DNA of 60,000 bases from Camelus dromedarius (Eukaryota). The notes under the pieces are model-generated. The model worked only from the letters and a program-made list of their open reading frames with translations, was not told where the DNA came from and did no database searches. The stretch is taken from the NCBI RefSeq assembly GCF_036321535.1, contig NC_087436.1, forward strand, positions 72,852,001 to 72,912,000, given 5' to 3'. The translations under genes and the position numbers were made by a program. Below are positions 51,950 through 60,000 of the stretch, piece after piece. The number at the start of each line of letters is the position of its first letter. Within the stretch, counting starts at the first letter, position 1.

Positions 51950-52462
51950 AACATGGGTCTTCTGGATAGCAGAGCCTGAGATACAGATCAAGGGGTTATC
52001 ACTTTATTGGGGAGATACAAGCTCCAGGCCTTGAGAATGAGATGAAAGGAAAGGAAGCAGAGGAGACAAAACAATGCAACGTGTGCACCCATCATGCTGG
52101 GTGCAGCCCAGGAGTGAACCACAGACACAGAAACAAGTGACATGTTCACTAATCCATGAGCCGTGTGAAGGGTTCAAACAGGGACGTCGTCTTCTAGTAG
52201 TCCACAGAAGAAAGGAGGAATTTATCTGCCCCCGTCACTTTCATCACCCATTTCCCATTGGACTAAGTTTACCCCACTGGGTGCTGCCTCCCCTGATCTC
52301 TGGCCCCTTGGTGAGTGAGAGGCTGGGATACATGCCCTGGAACATGGTGTTGTATCTAGGTCCAAAAAGAGGGGCAACCTGGTATGGGCAGAAAGCTGAG
52401 CAAGAGACAAAGGGGGTAGTTGAAGGGCTCTTAAGAAGTGTACAAACTTGTGTCCCAACACA
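51950..52462 (-). mobile_element. Old ERVL-type LTR
   Basis: Left end gggtcttctggatagcagagcctgagat...tttattgggg (reverse of an ERVL LTR 3' end with AATAAA); right end ...aacaca (TG start on minus). Confidence 0.55.
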
Positions 52463-54609
52463 GTGAGGATCTGGGGCATCAGAAGCTCTCAGGGGGAGTC
52501 CTGTTCCAGGACAAGGAGGGATTTTTCTAAGGTCTCTAAAATGACACAACTGGAGAACTGCCTAATCTATCAAACGGAAAGATAAGCTTCTAGATTTTCA
52601 CAGCCGAGAGGGGAGGCCAAAACAAGGGCAGAGAAAAACTAAGAGAGTCTTCACAGATAGTTTATGTCCATCCAAAATCAAGAAAGTAGAATACGAACTC
52701 CAGCACAAAATTCTATTCCAAATGGTAGAAACAATATCCTGGTCTTTAAGAAGGGCTTAGAATGATGGACAACACTTTTCTAACTCATAAAAGTACTCCA
52801 CATCTTATATCTTTGAAGCCCAGAGAGGGAAGTAATTTAACAACCTGTCATACATAAACTAACTTCCATATCTGAAAGCTGTCAACACCACGATAATGCC
52901 ATTGCCACTAAACCAACTTTTTTTTTTTTTTTTTTTTTACCGTGACCGTTATTGAGCCTGTGACAACAATGACTAAATTGAATGGGAACCCTACAGTAAC
53001 CTAGAGCGAGTTTCTTAGAAATCATCAGTTGTCAAAACTTGACCTTCTGATACTCATTCCTTTATGATAAGGCCAGATCTGACAGTCAGACATTATAGCA
53101 CTTTAAATGAAAAGCTCTGGGCTCACCGAATTTCCATAATAGTTCAAAGAGAGGAAGCAAAGGAACCAAGGAAAAAGAACAACTTGCTGTCAGGGAGGAT
53201 TATCTGAGTGCTAAATGAGGAGGAATAGTGGAGCTGGCCTCTGGATCCAGAGATAACACAGCCTCTGACCCATGAGGAAACAGTCACCAAACTTTAATAA
53301 AGCTAAAGAAAAGGAGATAGGGTTTCAGAGTAGATGCAGATCCAACCAGAAACAGCCCCAGAATTTAGGTCCTTAAAATGAGTTAGGATAAGTCAACCCA
53401 ACTTAACATTAATTCATTACGACTTTATTGATCAAAACATTTGCAGATAACAGAAATATCAATCAACCAATATCAGACAGTATATTATAGGTGCCAGATA
53501 TAAAGAAAATAAATTCTATTGGATTTCCAAAAAGAGACAATGTGTTAAGCTGAAGAAATTATAAGGAAATTTTTCACAAAAGAAGCTAGAAACTAAACTG
53601 GATCAGAGGCAATGACATAGAAATGCGTTTAGTGTGTCTGGGGAGATGATGAGTAAAGATGTGAAGCTGGAGTGAAGAATTATACAAAGAAGGATTAAGA
53701 AACAAGGGCTTCCTTGATATGTGTGGTGTGACTGTGAAATAATTCAATTGATTTTCTTGTGTGACCTATGAAAATAAGACTCATTAAGAAGTAGTCACAC
53801 CACACATTTCCAGTTGTAACTTTGCAACATCTGTTCACCTCATCCTGAAAGACAGATTCCAAATAAAGAATCTGACTAACCTAGAAAAAACACTCACGTA
53901 TTTAATAATGGTGCATGCTGTGGGGTAGAAATCAGTAAGAAAGAATGGGGTGGATTTCCTTCTTCAGACTTTTGCAAAGACAAATGGAAAGTGTATAGTT
54001 TCATCTCACATCTAAATCACATTTTGTTATTCTTGCCCTTTATTACAGGATAATTATCATTTATCTAAAAGTGAGTAGAGAATCTTCTCACAGAAGTTTC
54101 CTACCATAAGATGGCAATATTAGAACTTTCTCCTGAAATAACAACATCTGAAATTTTTGTCAATATAACTTATCAACTATCGTTATGCCAGGGTTTTTTC
54201 CCCTTCACTACCAGATCCCAGGTGATAATTATTATCCTAATAGATGGTACAATAAAGAGTGCAGAGTCTTTAAGGCAAAAACTGAGCCTGGAGCATGGGG
54301 TCAGTACTATATCCCAAGATATCCTGCCATCACATCATATGAGGCGAACATGATATCTACATGACATTACTGGTGATGTTAACTTTGATATTTCTATTCA
54401 TGAAAAGACATGGTCACTGAACAGCTTTGGGTTGGGGGTAGAAGGAGGCTCAAGTGACTTCCTTTTTCAAAATTCTTTACCATTGGTTCCCAAAGTCCCC
54501 AAGTGTCCTGCCTTTTCTCATAGAAGTCAGCTGGCAGTTTCTTAGCTTGAAGCTCTCTACCAACCTCCAAAATATTTCCAAAGTGAAGTAACTTAGTAAC
54601 ACCTATCAT

Positions 54610-54870
54610 TCACAGAGACATAAGAACACTTGGTGGTCATTTGGTCCACCCACTACCTCACCTAGGAATCACCTCTACAGAAGCTACCTGTAAACGTCAT
54701 CCAGACCCCCAATATGTCCAGGCATGGGAAGCCCACTGCATCCCAAGACAGCTGATTTCATTTTTCCAAAGCTCTAATTGGGAAAAGATTTCCTAAATTA
54801 AGGAGAAAGCTGTCTTCTTGGAACTTTAGTTCATTCATCCAAGTTGTGTACTCTGAACTACACAGAGGAA
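54610..54870 (-). mobile_element. L3/CR1 3' relic
   Basis: ggtcatttggtccaccc...tccaggcatgggaagcccactgcatcccaagacagc...agctctaattg. Confidence 0.6.
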
Positions 54871-55274
54871 ACCTCAGCTGAGTCAACTTTCCAACTATTT
54901 TCAATTGTCTCTCATACTCAAAACTTTCTCTATTTTCTGCCCAGCACCCAGACCTCTGTCCATTCAAGTGTGGGTGTGTGGGTGTGTGTTTGGCTTCATC
55001 AATTACCATTAATCTCCTGGCTGGTCTTTCAAGAGATGATTTCCTCATAGCTCACTCTCCAGTGACCTCCTCTTGAGCCCCAGCCTCCTCCATCCACAGT
55101 ATTTGATGTGGTTGACCTTCCCAAATCTTCCACCTAAAATCCACCCCTCTTTGGATTCCTGACTTGTCCTTCCCTTTTCGTTCAATTCTACCTGTTGTTT
55201 TTCTGACTCCCACACCACGTAGGTGGGTGCCACCAACACTCTCCTCCTCTCAGTCCTCTTTTTTCCCCAATTAC

Positions 55275-55287
55275 TTATATTGTGGTA

Positions 55288-55318
<31 letters not shown>

Positions 55319-55320
55319 TG

Positions 55321-55352
<32 letters not shown>

Positions 55353-55552
55353 ATTTACCATCTTAACCACTTTTAAATGTACAGTTCAGTGATATTAAGT
55401 ACATTTATATTGTTGGACAATCATAAATACCTCATCTCCAGAATTCTTTTCATCTTGCAAAACTGAAACTCTGTACCCATGAACAATAACTCCCCATTCC
55501 CTGCTCCCCAAGTCCCTGGAAACTGCCATTCTATTTTCTATCTCTATGATTT
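55275..55552 (-). mobile_element. L1MB-type 3' end containing an interrupted (TA)n microsatellite (55292-55345)
   Basis: aatttaccatcttaaccacttttaaatgtacagttcagtg...aaactgaaactctgtacccat. Confidence 0.85.
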
Positions 55553-58500
55553 TGCATTGGTCTTCTTTTGTATAATGCCATTTGATCTCACAAAATACCC
55601 ATAGGCTTAGTATTGGAACAAATATTTACTGGGGATTTATTGTGTGCTAGGCACTATGCTAGATCTGAAATTATAACCTGCTAAAAAATTCACTCATATT
55701 TTCAGCATTATGGTAGGTACTATCATAATTATCATCCTGTAGATGAGAGAATGCAGCACAGGGAAAGTAAGTAATTTTCTCAATGTTACAGGACAATTGC
55801 TATGGGATAACTTAAAATCTATGCATGGCTGTCTGCTTTTGAATATCTGAAAAAAAATTATTTTGTCATAAAAATTTCTTCTAAAATACTTGTTTATTTT
55901 CCATTGTATCATCATCCATTCTTCCAAAAGGACAGTTTTATTATTTTTCAGTTATGGTAACTATTTATATAACCAAAATAAATGAGACAACCCCACTTTG
56001 ATGAGATTTAAAATATTAATATTATCTTGTAAATATTTTATTTTTCTCTGCTAGTAAAGGCCAGCCTTTTCTCTGATTCACCTTACGATGCTGGGTTTGG
56101 TATCAATGCCAGACATGTGCTACAAAGCTTTGCTCTGCATACAACTAGAATCAGAATCAGCAGTTGAAGAAGAATCTATAGAGACTTTTTTTTTTAGAAA
56201 GTGGATAAACATTTTGCTTTTGCAGTGTCATCTTCTTACATTTGTTCCTTGCTATCAAAACCAGCTAAAATACAACTCTTTTGAGAATTTTTATCTATTT
56301 CATAACTAGTGGGAGCAGAAATTTGAAAAATAAAGGCAAGGGAAAGTTTTTCCATCAGTTGGTAGGTCCTTTTTTAAGATACAATTATGCCTGGACAAAC
56401 TAGCAGTCATTAGCAACACAAAGCAGAGCCATTTTAATCAGATTGCTTTCCTCTTAAATTTTACTTTTAGGGGATTCTTGACCAACTGGAACATGGATTC
56501 CTTGTGGATCCAGGGGTTTGTTAGCAATGTTGGAAGTGTTTCAGGATCACGACTTAAGCCTAAACTGCATTCAGCCCAGATTCTGGCTTACTTGGACCCT
56601 CCTGGCAAGACACTAATCTTAACGGAGAAGGTGACACGCAGGGTTCATGGATCGGAGGGGTGGCTCAGGGTGCAGTCTGGTGCCTGTTTCTCTGTCACTT
56701 GCCCCAGCCTCCTAGTGACATTCATGCCCATGTCCTGGCATGAACTGACTACTATCAGAGGGTGAGGAAAAAACAAGATGAGGCTTTCCCTGGATTGGAC
56801 TGGGCTCTCCATGGATTTAAGGAGCACGGGATACTGGGGTGAGCAGTCACAGCAGAGATGGGGCAGTGCAGGGGCATGGACAGACACAGGTCCTCTCTGT
56901 CCTAGGCATCTTTGGCTTCTGCACAGATATTAGCAGGCCAAGCAACAGCAGGGCCACCACAGTGGTACAACAAAGCTTGCCTGCAAAACTGAGGTCTTTC
57001 TTCCAGAATTATTTGAGAATTTCCACACAACAACTGAGAACGGAGCAATAGCAAAATCTGATTTGTAACAGTTGTTCATAGGCGAGCGTGGCCTGTGAAA
57101 CCTGGGAATTTTGAAGAGGAAAAAACCTCTCAATGCTCTTCTATGCCAAAGGGCACAACTGAAGAGGCAAGTCCTAAAATCGTCAGTGTAGGGGGCTTCA
57201 GTCACTTCCTTAGGACAATGAGAATCTTACTTGCTGCCACCTACCTACTTTACAACTTGAAAGCTAGATATTACATCATGAATACACTCATATTCTCTAG
57301 AAGAACTTAAAACCAACTTACGTAGATTAATGGTTTCAATTTTAATAAGGGGAGGGGGACATATTTTGACCTTAAAACTCACTCTTTTTTTTTTTAAAAA
57401 GAAACTTTTTTTTTCCTTTTTTCATGGACTATGGTTTCAGCTTTAGTCTCCTATAGCAACTGGATGAGAGGGAGAAATTTAAAAACAGAATTAAAAGGGA
57501 ATCCAATTTCTTCAAGATAAAAAAAAGAAACACTTAAACAAAGTTATTGGTTCTTTACCCATGTTTATCAAAGAAACAAGCATCCATGGTTCTATTATGG
57601 CAAAGTTTACATGAAACAAAGATCCACTGCCAAGTAAGTGGAAGTTAAATATAATTGTAAAAAGATTTTCTCTTAAATTCTCAATAGAAATGTTGGTTAA
57701 AGATGAGTAGAATGTCAGGTTGGTAAGGACCTTTATCTCATCCAAAGCAACCCCCTGATTTTTCAGATAAGAAAAACAATACTCAGAAAGTTGTAACTCA
57801 TCTCAGAGTCACAGAATGGTAGAGCTGGAATCAGGTCTCACATCTGCCCAGCGCCAGTTCTAAAGATGCACTCCACCGTGTCACACACACACACATCCTA
57901 GAACATCACACAGCCATGGCTCACATTCTTTTCAAGAAGTAAACAAAATAACATATGACTTAAGTTGGGGATGAGATTTAAAAGTAAAGTGTATATGAGA
58001 GAAATAGAACCACTTAATACAAACACTGGTGTCAACAACCTTTGTCATCTTGCAAAGAGTAAGGCTCTTAGGGGATCTAGAGACTGAATCCAATTCCCTA
58101 AACCAGACATTCAACAAGGCAATGGCACACCTAGATTACCCTGAATTACAATAGCACTGAATTAGAGTTCTGTTTTTTCATTTCTGCCTTTTTTATGAGT
58201 TTTGAGGGGGAAAAAAAAAAAAAAAACGATGCGATAGTATTTAGGGAAGAATGCCCATCAACCTGGAAGGGTTGTTTCTACCATAACATTTCAGCCGGCG
58301 CATCACCCTAATCGAGGCCTGAATTAGCTCGTGCCTAGATGATACCTATGAGACAGCCAGGTCCCCTGGCCCCTCCCCTCCTCCCACACTGCACATCACT
58401 GCCAGGTATATCTCCTTACATCATTGTTTGCTATATATTACTCCTGTATTCCAGACCTGTGATACTGTGTGTTTAATTGTTTATTGACTCATGTCAGTTT

Positions 58501-60000
58501 TTTTGGCTCTTCATAATTTATCTGCCTCTCACACATTCTCCTTTCTGGAAGGCTGATTATCTGTCTTGCTAGGAAAGTAATCTTATTCCCACATCACTAA
58601 CACCGTACTAAATGTTTTTCCCCTCTCTTGTCCCCCTCTCTTCCCTACAGCTTCAAATTCTACCAAGCTTCAATCCTACCCACTCAGGTCCTCCAGGCAG
58701 CCTCCCCCCTGCTCCATTCCTCCCTGTTGAGCTCTTTTCTCTGCTCATGACTTTTTCTCTTATTGCTTCAGATCTGTCAGTCCTGCATTCCCAAGTCCAA
58801 CATAACATCTTTTAGGGCAGAAATTATATCTTAGGACTCTCTTGAGCCAGATTCCCACCCTCATCCCCACAGCATCTAGCGCCTTGCTGACTGCAGCAGA
58901 TTCTCAGTAAATACTCTGACTGTTGGGCAATCCAGATAAGGTGAAGGAAGAGAATGCCGGCTTCATCCAAGTGATGCTGGCAAAAGCACCAGCACTATCT
59001 CTAGGCCTCACTGTCAGGCCCATTGCCCTTCGGGCTCCACATCACTCATCACTAAATCGCTTCTGATCTCTTCCTCTGCAAGGTTTGTAAATCAGTCCTT
59101 TCTCTCTATCTACAATCCAAGTCTGATCCACTTCCAACCAAGGTCACGACACCTCTTTAGGCACCTCTCTTATTCCTAGAACATAGCTAAATGGAAGTTT
59201 CCATTTAGATCTCGCCTTTTTTCCTCCATAAGAGAAAGCCAAGCCCTTCCCAGGTTGGAAGGTAATGTCTTCATCACATAAACCCTTCAGCTAGAAACAC
59301 CCATCCTCCCACCTCGATGCCCCAAGCCCAGGTGTCCCTATGACTCACTCCAGCTAGGACTACAAAATACTGCCAGTTTCCCTTCCCTCTGCTCGCCTCT
59401 CTTCAAAATGGCCATAATGCAGAGAGGATGCCTTGAAGCAGTAGGATTTTCCCACCTAAGTACCTTCCTGCTCCCTTCCCATACTGGAGGGTGAGGGGGG
59501 CCTTGCTTCCAGCTGCAGACTTTCCCCAGCATCTCTCTGCCAGCAGACTCCCAAGGAAGTGAGGGGAGCCTCCAGCAGGTTCCGGTGGCCTCTGCCACTC
59601 CTCCCACTGGCCACCTTTCCCTCACACCAGGTGACCACACCCAGCAGTCCCTAAACTAACAGGCCAAGTTTCACCTTCAAAGTGAGGAAGAAGTTTTCTC
59701 TCCGCAGTTTCTCCTTAAAAGAGGAAATAATATACTCCAAGTAAAGCATCTGTGTTTCATCAATAGCCCCCTCAGTAAAATATGTCATCTCTCTTTTCTT
59801 CCCTATCAGTGACAGGAGATTCAGGTCTCATAAGTTGAGTCTTTTTTTCTCCTACTGCTCCTCCCAACTTCGCCAGCAAGAAATAGGTGTAATAATTCAT
59901 TCTCAGGCCACTGCCAGCTCTCAGCTCTCAGGGGTGGTCCCCCTCCAGTCCGTAGCACACGCCCAGGGCCCACACATCAGGCAAATCGTTCTCCCCCTTG

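Noticed and set aside
52074..52549. Overlapping 130-, 101- and 85-aa ORFs
   Set aside because: They lie in an old LTR and have no recognisable protein features; chance ORFs.
1..60000. A novel multi-gene system, CRISPR array, operon or RNA gene
   Set aside because: This is eukaryotic intron/intergenic DNA. I found no regularly spaced repeat-spacer units, no tRNA/rRNA-like sequence and no long ORFs other than L1 remnants.
43922..60000. BTC exon 1 and promoter
   Set aside because: I found no ATG-bearing signal-peptide exon or CpG island. This stretch is intron 1, and exon 1 lies beyond the window.

Overview
Mammalian (artiodactyl, probably camelid-like) genomic DNA; nothing prokaryotic is present. 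The only protein-coding gene I can support is betacellulin (BTC, EGF-family ligand) on the minus strand. Coding exons 2-5 (43823-43921, 35797-35914, 30979-31125, 29149-29257) splice in frame with canonical GT-AG sites, and a non-coding last exon runs from 27678 to about 25760. Exon 1 and the promoter lie beyond the right edge. The left ~25 kb is downstream intergenic DNA. The rest is the usual mammalian repeat landscape (L1 of several ages, L2, L3/CR1, MIR, ERV1/ERVL/MaLR LTRs, hAT and Tigger MITEs, microsatellites). Repeat family names come from recalled consensus features, not a database search. I found no evidence for a new biological system. The most interesting unexplained structures are small: a TSD-flanked orphan retro-insertion, templated fold-back or duplication scars, and two candidate regulatory motif clusters.
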